From Clostridia bacterium (GTDB taxonomy: Bacteria > Bacillota > Clostridia > Oscillospirales > CAG-272): a stretch of DNA of 64,000 bases. The DNA is taken from NCBI GenBank assembly GCA_017450965.1, contig JAFSSQ010000010.1:6424-70423 (forward strand). The letters are read 5' to 3'. Under the pieces are notes generated by a model, which did not search any database, was not told the DNA's origin, and worked only from the letters and a program-made list of their open reading frames with translations. This document shows, in pieces, positions 9,863-18,984 of this stretch. Each line of letters starts with the position of its first letter. Position 1 is the stretch's first letter. Both the position numbers and the translations under genes were made by a program.

Positions 9863-11008
9863 ATGAGAATTATTATGCCCTCTTTTGAACCTTTAGAATG
9901 GATGCCGCCGACAATTAATCTTTTGAAAAAACTTGACGCAGCAGGACACGAAGTTGTGTTTATAACCATTTTCCCGTGCGAATATCTAAAAAAAATGAAC
10001 CTTTCTCGCGCAAGCAATGTTTCGCTTTGCTCCAGAAGGATATCTTTTCAAGATAAGGTAAAATATACGCCGGTTTTATCAGGCTTTTTATATCGGGTCG
10101 ATACAATGATAAAGAAGAGCATCGCCAGACGCTTGAGAAACGTGATTGATGAGGAGCTGAATAAGGGCGGTAAGCTTTGGATAGTCAATGAAATGACAGT
10201 TCTTCTCGCGGGCGCTCATTGTATCAAAAATCACGAGTTTGCTTTTTTGATTTATGAATTGCATGAGGATCTATTCTATGCAAGAAACATAAAAAAAGTT
10301 GCGCAGAAAGCCTCGGCGGTTGTTGTTCCGGATTATTTCAGAGCACACATTATGAAAAGCCGGTATAACTTAAAGCAACTTCCATTTGTTTTGCCGAATA
10401 GGTCGGATATTGATTTTGAAAAAATGTTTGAGACGGAAAGGAACAAAAAAGCGATAGAACAGATAAAACTCTCCAAGGCTGAAGGAAATAGAATTCTTGT
10501 GTATATGGGTGGTGTAAATCAAGAACGTCCTCTTGAAGGCCTTCTTGAAGCAATACAAAGAATCGGCTCATGGAAACTTGCCATTATTGGCAAGCCATCG
10601 CAATATTTAGATGAATTACAGAGAGAATACAGCGAGTGTATCCTTAACCTTGGCGCTTTTTCTCCGCCCGATCATCTGACAATAGCACAGTTTTGCGATA
10701 TAGGCGTATTGAACTATGTCAGTATTAACAAAAAACAAGGATTGAACGCAATCTTTTGTGCGCCGAATAAGATTTATGAGTATACGGGGCTTGGTCTTCC
10801 GGTGATTGGCAACGATATTCCGGGTTTGCGGTTTTGTATTTCAACAAGTATGTGTGGCGAACTGGTAGATTATGATGATCCTTCTTCAATTGAAACGGCG
10901 TTAAATACTATCGTAAATCGATATGAGGAATACTCGGAAGCAGCAAGAGATTTTTATAGGGCCACCAATACCGATGAAACGCTAAAAAGAATAATAAGTG
11001 CGGTTTAG
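9863..11008 (+). CDS. GT4-like glycosyltransferase, visibly AT-richer than its neighbours
   Basis: LVYMGGVNQERPL and CAPNKIYEYTGLGLPVIGNDIPG. Start placed at ATG 9863 (MRIIMPSFEP). Confidence 0.82.
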   Translation: MRIIMPSFEPLEWMPPTINLLKKLDAAGHEVVFITIFPCEYLKKMNLSRASNVSLCSRRISFQDKVKYTPVLSGFLYRVDTMIKKSIARRLRNVIDEELNKGGKLWIVNEMTVLLAGAHCIKNHEFAFLIYELHEDLFYARNIKKVAQKASAVVVPDYFRAHIMKSRYNLKQLPFVLPNRSDIDFEKMFETERNKKAIEQIKLSKAEGNRILVYMGGVNQERPLEGLLEAIQRIGSWKLAIIGKPSQYLDELQREYSECILNLGAFSPPDHLTIAQFCDIGVLNYVSINKKQGLNAIFCAPNKIYEYTGLGLPVIGNDIPGLRFCISTSMCGELVDYDDPSSIETALNTIVNRYEEYSEAARDFYRATNTDETLKRIISAV

Positions 11009-11114
11009 AAGAGAAAGGTTAAGTATTTTCGCTGACCGATCTGCTGTTATATGGGGCGTTGAGCTATATAACGTTTGCCTTTTTTGAATGCGAATGTAGA
11101 GTTTCGCAATTCAA

Positions 11115-11399
11115 ATGTGGGTAAAAATTTGCTTTTTTGCATTTAAACTATCTTATATAGCCTATCTCGGCCAGCTGATCACGGGGGCGGAGATGGCGAT
11201 ATGCAACTATTATTATAAAACTTCTCCTTTGAGCCGCAAAGAACGGCTCGATGCGCTGCAAACCCTTTGCGGCGACGAGTATCTCCGGGCCGCGATAACC
11301 GAATACGGCGCGGACAGAAAGAGCAAATGGATTCTGGGCAGAAAATACCTTTCCCTGATCTTATACGCAAAACTTGCCAATCTGAAGCACGGGAGATAA
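11115..11399 (+). pseudogene. Probable C-terminal remnant of a glycosyltransferase
   Basis: AICNYYYKTSPLSRKERLDALQTLC...RKYLSLILYAKL resembles the helical tails of GT2 enzymes. No catalytic N-terminus and no convincing start/RBS. Composition changes near 11160. Confidence 0.45.
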
Positions 11400-11429
11400 G
11401 AAAGCGAGATTGACAGAAAGGAGCGGTCC

Positions 11430-12989
11430 ATGCCTAAAATCAGCGTTATTATGCCGGCGTATAACGCGGAAAAGTATATCGGAGAAGCTATTGACAGCAT
11501 TTTGAATCAGACTTTTACCGATTTCGAGTTTATTATTCTTGACGACGGATCTGTCGATCACACGGCGGAGCTTGTTGCGGGATATTCGGATCCCAGGATC
11601 CGTTTCCTGCAGAACGAGCGCAACTTGGGCGTGGCCGAGACCTTGAATAGAGGGCTACAGCTCGCCGCCGGGGAATACGTCGCCCGGATGGATGCCGACG
11701 ATATCGCGATGCCGACCCGCTTTGAGAAGCAGATTGCCTATATGGAGGAGCATCCGGACGTCGCCGTTTTGGGGACGGGGATCGAGGTATTCGGAGCGAA
11801 ACGTCATACGACCGTTTTTTCTCAATCATACGAGGAACTGAAGATCGATCTGCTTTTTGCGTGCTGCTTTGCGCATCCTACCGTTATGATGCGGACGGAG
11901 TTATTGCGAAACGGCGGTTACGCTTACGATCCTTCCTTTAACAGGATGGAAGACTATGACCTTTGGGACAGGATCTCGGAGAGATATTCCATCGCCTCGA
12001 TCCCGGACGTTTTATTGCGCTACAGAACGCATCCCCTGCAGGTCACGCACAAAAAAACGCCGGAAGACGTCCGGCAGATCCGGGAGATCAAGAAAAGGCA
12101 GCTTGCAAGGCTGGGGATCGAGACCGCCGGAGAGGGCGCGGAATGCTTTTTTGGCTGCTGCGACGGGAGTTTTTCGCCGACAAAGGAAAACGTTCTCCTT
12201 CTGAATCAATTCTTTCAAACCCTCAGGCGGAGCAACGCCGAAAGGCGGGTTTATCGCGTCAGTCTTTTAAAAAAGCATCTGAAGAGCGTTTCCGCCAATC
12301 TCCTGGATAAGCTGCCGCTTTCGGAGGCGATCGCTCTTTCGGGCCGCTGCGGAGTTTGCGGTATTCCTTATGCGGCCAAGCGATCAGTCCGCGGACTTTT
12401 TTCCCGGGTAAGGGGAAAAAGACAGCAAAAGAGGCGGCAGGCAAGACTGAAAACCAAGGATTTTTCCATCCTTTGCAATAACTGCTGGGGCGGTTTCCTT
12501 TATCAGTTTTTCGGGTTGCCGTATCGAACGCCGACGGTGGGACTTTTTTTTCTCGGAAGGGACTTTGTCAAGTTCGCCGCCGATTTTGAGCGCTATCTCG
12601 CGCAAGAGCTCGTCTTCATCCCATGGGAGAGCAGCGCGTACTACGACTTTCTGAAAGACGAGACCCCCTATCCGGTCGCAAAGCTGGATGATATCGAGAT
12701 CTATTTCATGCACTATCATTCCGAAGAGGAAGCGCGGGAAAAATGGAACAGGCGCAAAGAACGGATCAACCGCGATAAGCTGCTGTTCAAGCTTTCCGAG
12801 CGGGAGGGCTGCTCGAGAGAAGACGTTGAACGGTTCGTTGCCCTTCCCCTGAAAAACAAAATCTGTTTCAGTTACGACCGGGTGGAGGGAGCGATCCGCG
12901 TCCCGGAGCTGGAGGGATTTGTCGGCGATGAGACGCCGCTTGTCGAGCCTTACTACGACAAATTCGAACTGCTGAACGGTATTAGGTGA
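11430..12989 (+). CDS. GT2 glycosyltransferase fused to a DUF1919-like domain
   Basis: N-terminal ISVIMPAYNAEKY, DDGSVD, RMDADD, EDY. C-terminal FSILCNNCWGGFLY...TPTVGLF, FMHYHSEEEAREKWNRRKERIN. Confidence 0.85.
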   Translation: MPKISVIMPAYNAEKYIGEAIDSILNQTFTDFEFIILDDGSVDHTAELVAGYSDPRIRFLQNERNLGVAETLNRGLQLAAGEYVARMDADDIAMPTRFEKQIAYMEEHPDVAVLGTGIEVFGAKRHTTVFSQSYEELKIDLLFACCFAHPTVMMRTELLRNGGYAYDPSFNRMEDYDLWDRISERYSIASIPDVLLRYRTHPLQVTHKKTPEDVRQIREIKKRQLARLGIETAGEGAECFFGCCDGSFSPTKENVLLLNQFFQTLRRSNAERRVYRVSLLKKHLKSVSANLLDKLPLSEAIALSGRCGVCGIPYAAKRSVRGLFSRVRGKRQQKRRQARLKTKDFSILCNNCWGGFLYQFFGLPYRTPTVGLFFLGRDFVKFAADFERYLAQELVFIPWESSAYYDFLKDETPYPVAKLDDIEIYFMHYHSEEEAREKWNRRKERINRDKLLFKLSEREGCSREDVERFVALPLKNKICFSYDRVEGAIRVPELEGFVGDETPLVEPYYDKFELLNGIR

Positions 12990-12993
12990 AAAT

Positions 12994-13977
12994 ATGGCAA
13001 AGGTATCGGTCATCGTTCCTGTATATAACGTTCGGGACTATCTTTCCGGCGCGGTGGAGTCTTTGCTGCGGCAGACGGAACGGGATATTGAGATCATTTT
13101 GGTAGACGACGGCTCAACGGACGGTTCCGGCGCTCTCTGCGATCGGTTTGCCGAACGGGATAAGCGGATCAAAGTGCTCCACAAGGAAAACGGCGGCCTC
13201 TCTTCCGCAAGGAACGCCGGCGCAAAAGAAGCGTCGGCGGCGTACGTGCTGTTTTTGGACGGGGACGATTACCTCTGCGACGACGCCGTGGAGACGCTTG
13301 CGCTTGCTTCCGACCGGTATCACCCGGACGTTGTCCAGTTTCTTTACAAAGAGGTCGAAACAACGGGACGGCAGTCCCGGCACGAGACGGAAAGCTGGAC
13401 GGCTTTTACGGCGAGCGAGCCGGCGGCGCTGTTTGAAAATCTGTACCGGCTCGGCGGCGTGGCCGCTTCCGGCTGCACAAAGCTGATCAAAAGGCAGCTC
13501 GTTTTGGACTTTCCGTTTGAAAAGATCCGCCACGAAGATGAGATGTGGTGTACCAGAGTTTTTCCTACCGGTATTACGGTACTCTACCTTCCCGACGTTC
13601 TCTATTGCTATGTGATGCGGGAAGGCAGCATCATCCACGCGGAGTTTCATTCAAGCAAGCTGGATGCTTTCAAGGTGCAGGAGGAACGGATCCGAGTATT
13701 GAGCGATCTGTCTTTGCACAATTTGGTTGAAAGAGAATATGCGAAGATGTTTCTTTCGGTGCTGCTTTTATACCGCGAAGCCTTTCGGTGCGGTGACGAA
13801 CACGGCTGCAGCGCCATGAAAGAGCAGTTTCAAAAAAACAAAAAAGCAATGCTGCGCAGCAGATACATAAAAGGGAAATATAAGATCCTGCTGATGCTTA
13901 TGACACGGAGCTTTTCTTCGGTTAAGTTGTTTGTAAAGCAACAACGACTATCAAACGCTGAAAAAGCCGAAATATGA
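12994..13977 (+). CDS. GT2 glycosyltransferase
   Basis: VSVIVPVYNV, VDDGSTDGS, ENGGLSSARNAG, FLDGDD, HED. Confidence 0.93.
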   Translation: MAKVSVIVPVYNVRDYLSGAVESLLRQTERDIEIILVDDGSTDGSGALCDRFAERDKRIKVLHKENGGLSSARNAGAKEASAAYVLFLDGDDYLCDDAVETLALASDRYHPDVVQFLYKEVETTGRQSRHETESWTAFTASEPAALFENLYRLGGVAASGCTKLIKRQLVLDFPFEKIRHEDEMWCTRVFPTGITVLYLPDVLYCYVMREGSIIHAEFHSSKLDAFKVQEERIRVLSDLSLHNLVEREYAKMFLSVLLLYREAFRCGDEHGCSAMKEQFQKNKKAMLRSRYIKGKYKILLMLMTRSFSSVKLFVKQQRLSNAEKAEI

Positions 13978-14090
13978 TCCATGCAGGAAACTTCTGCCTA
14001 TCAGACAAAAAGGAAGGATTATCATTTTCCGAGGAAGATGCAGTCTGTTGACGTTTTCCAAGCAACAAGAAACGAGCGTTTTGAGTAAAA

Positions 14091-15653
14091 ATGAGAACGA
14101 AAAACTCAATTATCAATATTTTCACCGGTCTGGTCGGTCAAATCGTGGTTGCGATAGCCGGTTTCGCCGGCAGAACGGTTTTTATCCACGTATTAGGGTC
14201 AACGTATCTTGGCGTCAGCGGCTTGTTCAGCAATATCCTTACCTTACTTTCGTTTGCCGAGCTGGGAATCGGACAGGCCATCGTTTTCAGTCTATATAAG
14301 CCGATCGCCGAAAACGACGAAGACAAGATCTGCGCTTTGATGCGGCTGTACGAAAAGGCGTACCGGTTTCTTTTCTTTCTTGTGTTGGGCATCGGCTTGT
14401 TTATTCTTCCGTTCCTTCCTTATATCATAAAGGATATCGATTCCATTCCCAACATACGAACGATTTATTGTTTGTACGTGATCAACTCGGCGGCGTCGTA
14501 TCTGTTTTCTTATCGCAGCACCTTTATCACGGCCAGCCAGAAGAACTATATTATCAATATCTTTTACGTTGCAAGCACGATTTTGATGACGGTATTCCAG
14601 ATTGCCGGTCTTCTGCTTTTCAAAAACTATTTCGTTTATTTAGGGATTCAAATCGCTTTCGGTGTGATCCAGAACGTCTTTTCTTATATCTACTCCAGCC
14701 GGAAATACCCGTTTTTGAAAAGAAAAGACGTGCCGCCGCTGCCCGACCAAGAGTTCAAAAGTATCAAGAAAAACGTCGGTGCCCTGATCATCTATAAAAT
14801 CGGAACGCTTGCGCTGAACTCGACGGATAACATTATCATCTCCGCATACGTAGGGCTCATCGCGGTAGGACTGCATTCCAACTACGTTTTGCTTACCTCC
14901 GTCGTAGGAGCCTTTCTTTCTACGATTTTCGGAAACTTAACGGCCAGCATCGGCAATCTGAACGCTACGGAGACGACAGAAAAGAGAGTTCATATTTTCA
15001 ACGTCCTTAATTTTGCAACGTTCTGGTTCTATTCCGTTTGCTCCATTTGCCTGTTCGTGTGTATGACTCCCTTTATTTACGCGTGGATCGGGGAGGAGTA
15101 CGTTCTGCCGCTTTCCGTATCGTTGATCGTGGCGATCAATTTCTATATAGCCGGGATGCTGTTCGCTCCCTTCAATTTCAGGCAGACCATGGGATTGTTC
15201 GTACAGGGGAGAATGCGCCCGATTATTTCAGCGGTGATCAATATCGGGGTATCCATTTGGTTTGCTATCCTTTGGGGACTGCCCGGCGTTCTCTGGGGTA
15301 CGGCCGTAGCGCGGCTTACGACAAACGTGTGGTTTGACCCCTATCTGATATTCAAAAAAGGACTAAACGTTTCGCCGGTCCCCTATTTTATCGATTATAT
15401 CAAGAAGTTTTTGCTTTTCCTTTTGATGGGCTTTGTTTGCTGGTACGTTTCAAGCAAGATATTGCTTACAAGTATTCTGGGGGTCCTGATAAAGGCCATC
15501 GTTTCTTTCGTGATATGCAACGGCGTGATTTTGGCGCTTTATTCCAGGACAAGCGAGTTCCGATACCTGAAAAGCGTGCTGGTAAACATCAGATCGATTG
15601 TGGCGAGGAAAAAGAATGACTCTGATTCAACGGTTGAAAAAACTCAGGATTGA
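14091..15653 (+). CDS. wzx: Wzx polysaccharide flippase
   Basis: MRTKNSIINI...LSFAELGIG...LYKPIA; about 12-14 hydrophobic segments. Confidence 0.88.
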   Translation: MRTKNSIINIFTGLVGQIVVAIAGFAGRTVFIHVLGSTYLGVSGLFSNILTLLSFAELGIGQAIVFSLYKPIAENDEDKICALMRLYEKAYRFLFFLVLGIGLFILPFLPYIIKDIDSIPNIRTIYCLYVINSAASYLFSYRSTFITASQKNYIINIFYVASTILMTVFQIAGLLLFKNYFVYLGIQIAFGVIQNVFSYIYSSRKYPFLKRKDVPPLPDQEFKSIKKNVGALIIYKIGTLALNSTDNIIISAYVGLIAVGLHSNYVLLTSVVGAFLSTIFGNLTASIGNLNATETTEKRVHIFNVLNFATFWFYSVCSICLFVCMTPFIYAWIGEEYVLPLSVSLIVAINFYIAGMLFAPFNFRQTMGLFVQGRMRPIISAVINIGVSIWFAILWGLPGVLWGTAVARLTTNVWFDPYLIFKKGLNVSPVPYFIDYIKKFLLFLLMGFVCWYVSSKILLTSILGVLIKAIVSFVICNGVILALYSRTSEFRYLKSVLVNIRSIVARKKNDSDSTVEKTQD

Positions 15654-16770
15654 TGGGAAAATCGCGTTTTATCGCGCGCTTCCTCTCCGCAAAAACAAAA
15701 TCATCATGTGGGCCAACAGCTTCAAGCAATACGGGGACAGCCCCAAATACGTTACGGAATACCTTCTCCAAAACGTTCCTGGAACTTTTGATATCGTTTG
15801 GGTGTTTGAAACGGACAGGGACATACCGGCGGAACTGCCGGATTCGGTTCGCGTCGTCCGTTATTTCTCGATCGGGTATCTGAAAGAATTACATACGGCA
15901 AAGTATATTATCTGCAATATGCGGACCGGCCCGGCGCATTACTGGAAAAAAAGGAAAGGGCAGTTTTATATCCAAACCTGGCACAGCTCTCTCCGCTTGA
16001 AGAAGATAGAGCGGGACGCGGAGGATCATCTCCCGGAGAGTTATATCGAAACCTGCAAGGAAGATTCCCGGAGAATCGATCTGATCCTCTCCGGGTGTAA
16101 GTTCAGCACGGAGATATTCCGCCGTTCCTTCTGGTATGACGGCGAGATTTTGGAAAGCGGCACGCCCCGGTGCGACGTTCTGCTCTCGCCGACCGACGAG
16201 AACAGAAAAAAAGTCAGAGCGCGTTACGGGATACCGGCAGAAGAGAAGCTCGCTCTCTACGCTCCCACCTTCCGGCAAAACCGCGCCTCCGATTTTCAGG
16301 GACTGGATTTCAACCGGTTGAGAGCCGCGCTGGAAGAAGGCGGAGAGCGGTGGACCGTGGGAGCAAGGCTGCACCCGAACGTTCTGTCGGATGCGGCCTG
16401 CGAAGGCGCCGTTCCGATGTCCGATTATTCGGATATGCAGGAATTGATCGCCGCGGCCGATCTTCTGATCACCGACTATTCGTCCTGTATGTTTGATATG
16501 GCTATTGCCGGGAAGCCCTGTATTCTCTACGTTCCGGATCTGGAAGAGTATCTGGAAAAAGAGCGCGGGCTGTACTTTGAGATCGGATCGCTTCCGTTTC
16601 CCACCGCCGGGAATATGGAAGAACTTGTCGGCGTGATCCGCCGTTTTGACCGCGGCGAATACCAAAAACGGCTCGGATCTTTCCTCGACTCCATCGGAAG
16701 CTTTGAAGACGGCAACGCGGCAAAGCGCGTTTGCGAGTATATTCTCAGACAAGAGGCGACAAAAAGATGA
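15616..16770 (+). CDS. CDP-glycerol glycerophosphotransferase (TagB/TagF family)
   Basis: QTWHSS, G-T-PRCD, LYAPTFR, RLHP, LITDYSSCMFD. Confidence 0.9.
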   Translation: MTLIQRLKKLRIDGKIAFYRALPLRKNKIIMWANSFKQYGDSPKYVTEYLLQNVPGTFDIVWVFETDRDIPAELPDSVRVVRYFSIGYLKELHTAKYIICNMRTGPAHYWKKRKGQFYIQTWHSSLRLKKIERDAEDHLPESYIETCKEDSRRIDLILSGCKFSTEIFRRSFWYDGEILESGTPRCDVLLSPTDENRKKVRARYGIPAEEKLALYAPTFRQNRASDFQGLDFNRLRAALEEGGERWTVGARLHPNVLSDAACEGAVPMSDYSDMQELIAAADLLITDYSSCMFDMAIAGKPCILYVPDLEEYLEKERGLYFEIGSLPFPTAGNMEELVGVIRRFDRGEYQKRLGSFLDSIGSFEDGNAAKRVCEYILRQEATKR

Positions 16771-17225
16771 AGAAGATCATCGGATATACGACCGGCGTCT
16801 ACGATATGTTCCATATCGGGCATCTCAACGTGATCCGCCGGGCAAAAGAACAATGCGACTACTTGATCGTCGGCGTCAGCACGGATGAACTGGTCGAAAA
16901 GGATAAGGGAAAACGGCCGGTCATCCCGTTTGAGGAACGCGCCGAAATCATCAAAGCTCTGCGTTTTGTGGATGAGGTCGTTGCGCAGCCGGACAAAAAC
17001 AAGTTTGCCGCGTGGGAACGCTATCATTTCCAGAAAATGTTTGTCGGCGACGATTGGAAAGGAACCCCGCAGTGGAACGCGTTTGAAAAGCAGTTTGCGC
17101 CGGTCGGCGTGGAGATCGTGTATCTTCCGCACACGGACGGCGTTTCCAGCACGAAGCTGACGGGCGTGATCAAGGAAATGCTTGACGAGCATCCGGACTT
17201 TAACGGCAACGCCGACAAGAGGTGA
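16767..17225 (+). CDS. tagD: Glycerol-3-phosphate cytidylyltransferase
   Basis: GYTTGVYDMFHIGH (HxGH), VGVSTDE, VGDDW, YLPHTDGVSST. ATGA coupling to the TagF-family gene. Confidence 0.9.
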   Translation: MKKIIGYTTGVYDMFHIGHLNVIRRAKEQCDYLIVGVSTDELVEKDKGKRPVIPFEERAEIIKALRFVDEVVAQPDKNKFAAWERYHFQKMFVGDDWKGTPQWNAFEKQFAPVGVEIVYLPHTDGVSSTKLTGVIKEMLDEHPDFNGNADKR

Positions 17226-17231
17226 TAGGAT

Positions 17232-17816
17232 TTGAAAAACTGGTTACTCGCCCTGAAGATCCTGTTTCCGGAATATATGACGCTGATTTTGCTTGCCGGC
17301 GGCAGCTTCGTTCTCTGGCGCTTGCTCGCGGCAAAGTTCCGCGGCCGCGCCGCGTGGAGGGGCGTCCATATCGTTTTGTCTGTCCTGGCTGTCGCGGGGA
17401 TCCTCCGGTTTTCCGTGTTCGGCAGAGAGAGCGACGGGGCGCGCCGGTTCATTCTGTTTGCGGACAGCGAACCGTGGGATTTTATTCCGGAGTTATACCG
17501 GAACCTATTCCTTTATTATCCGCTGGGGCTTTTCCTGCCGCACGCGATCGGCGGGGAAAAGACCGCCCGGCGGCGCGGGATCTGCGTTTTGTCGGCGTTT
17601 TTGCTCTCGGTTGCGGTGGAGGCGTGGCAATACGCCTTCGGGACCGGGGTCGCTCAGCTTTCGGACGTGCTGATGAATACGGCGGGCGCGGCGATCGGGG
17701 CGGCGTCTTGCGCCGGAGTATCCCGCGCGGGAGCGAAAACCCGGCTTGTCCTCTGCAAACGTCAGAGTACGGGCGGCATCGGCAACGAAAACGTTTCAAG
17801 AGAGAATCTGTCATGA
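17232..17816 (+). CDS. VanZ-like membrane protein
   Basis: NLFLYYPLG...SVAVEAWQY...DVLMNTAGA motif set. Confidence 0.8.
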   Translation: MKNWLLALKILFPEYMTLILLAGGSFVLWRLLAAKFRGRAAWRGVHIVLSVLAVAGILRFSVFGRESDGARRFILFADSEPWDFIPELYRNLFLYYPLGLFLPHAIGGEKTARRRGICVLSAFLLSVAVEAWQYAFGTGVAQLSDVLMNTAGAAIGAASCAGVSRAGAKTRLVLCKRQSTGGIGNENVSRENLS

Positions 17817-18845
17817 AACAAAAGAACCGGACCATATCCGCGATCCGTATGCTGGCGACCTTGATGGTTGTGACGTTACATATTACCCAGCGTTTGGAGG
17901 GTCGCTTTGACCGTCTCCACTATGCGACAGACTGGCTGAACCTCGGTCTTGTGATGTTTTCAGCATTTCCGGATTCTTATACGCCAATCGGGACGTGGAA
18001 AACCGGGGCCGGTGGTTTCGGCACAGACTCGTCGAATTGATTGTGCCCGGCGAGATCACCGTTGTCCTGACCGTTGTTTTCTATTCTTTGCTGGTGGGGA
18101 AAATCAGTTTCGGGAAGATCCTGATCTCTCTTGCCTCCGGTCTCGGTCTGGAAGCGTTTCTCCCCGACGGCTGGATGTTTATCCAGTTGTGGTTTTTGAC
18201 ATACATCATAGTCTGTTACGCTACCGTCCCCTGGATACAGAAGATCGACGTAAAACGGATGCGCCCGCTCGCGTTTTGGGGGATGCTGGGCGGAATGACC
18301 GTTTTGCTGCAGGGGACCGGCTCGCTGCTTTCCCTGCGGTTTGGTTTTCCCTCCCTGAGTTGGGGCGTTTTGCTGCGGTTTTATCTTGCCTATTTTGTTT
18401 TCCGGCGTTATCCGATCGAAAGCAAAACGTGCAGGAAGGTGATGACCGCGCTCTCCGTTGTTTCCGCGGCGCTCATAGCGGGCGTGAGCTTTGTTCGCTA
18501 CGGCATAGCTCCCGCGGGGGGGGGGGGACAGGCGCGCCGGCGGAACTGTTCTTTATTTACACGCAGACCTTTGCGGGAACCGTCCTGTTTTACTGGCTGT
18601 TTCAGGCGTTCAACAAAGCAAGGCCGCCCGAGATCATTCTCGAGATCTCCGATCGGTATTCGTTCCCGGTCTATTTAACACATTGTCTTTTCATCGGATA
18701 CAGCACCTCGGTCATAGATAAAGCGCCCGGCGTGGGATCGGGAATACTTCTGGCGCTCGGATGCACCGCGATCGCAAGCGTGATTTTGGAGTATCTGAAT
18801 CGCTTGGCGCATCGCTTGATCAAACGCGGCGACAAGAGCGGCTGA
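17813..18845 (+). pseudogene. Acyltransferase-3 (OafA-like) polysaccharide O-acyltransferase with two frameshifts
   Basis: Starts MKQKNRTISAIRMLATLMVVTLH. One more T in the T4 run at 17957-17960 restores MFFSISGFLY. The G12 run at 18516-18527 is out of frame; G10 or G13 joins it to ...YSFPVYLTH... and the stop at 18845. Confidence 0.85.
18516..18527 (+). repeat. G12 homopolymer tract (candidate slipped-strand switch)
   Basis: cccgc-GGGGGGGGGGGG-acaggc, exactly at the frame junction of the acyltransferase. Confidence 0.85.
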
Positions 18846-18923
18846 ACTTCCCCTTGAATAATCTCTGCCGCAAGTCCCCGCGCTTGGCAAAGGACAAAAA
18901 ACATCCGGCAGGCGCTCTCACAC

Positions 18924-18976
18924 AAAAAATCTCCCGTCCGGCGGACCTGCAAGCGTCCGCCGGACGGGAGTTTTTT
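18924..18976. terminator. Bidirectional intrinsic terminator
   Basis: 16-bp perfect stem ctcccgtccggcggac/gtccgccggacgggag, with an A-run before and T6 after, between convergent genes. Confidence 0.88.
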
Positions 18977-18984
18977 ATCGTTTC

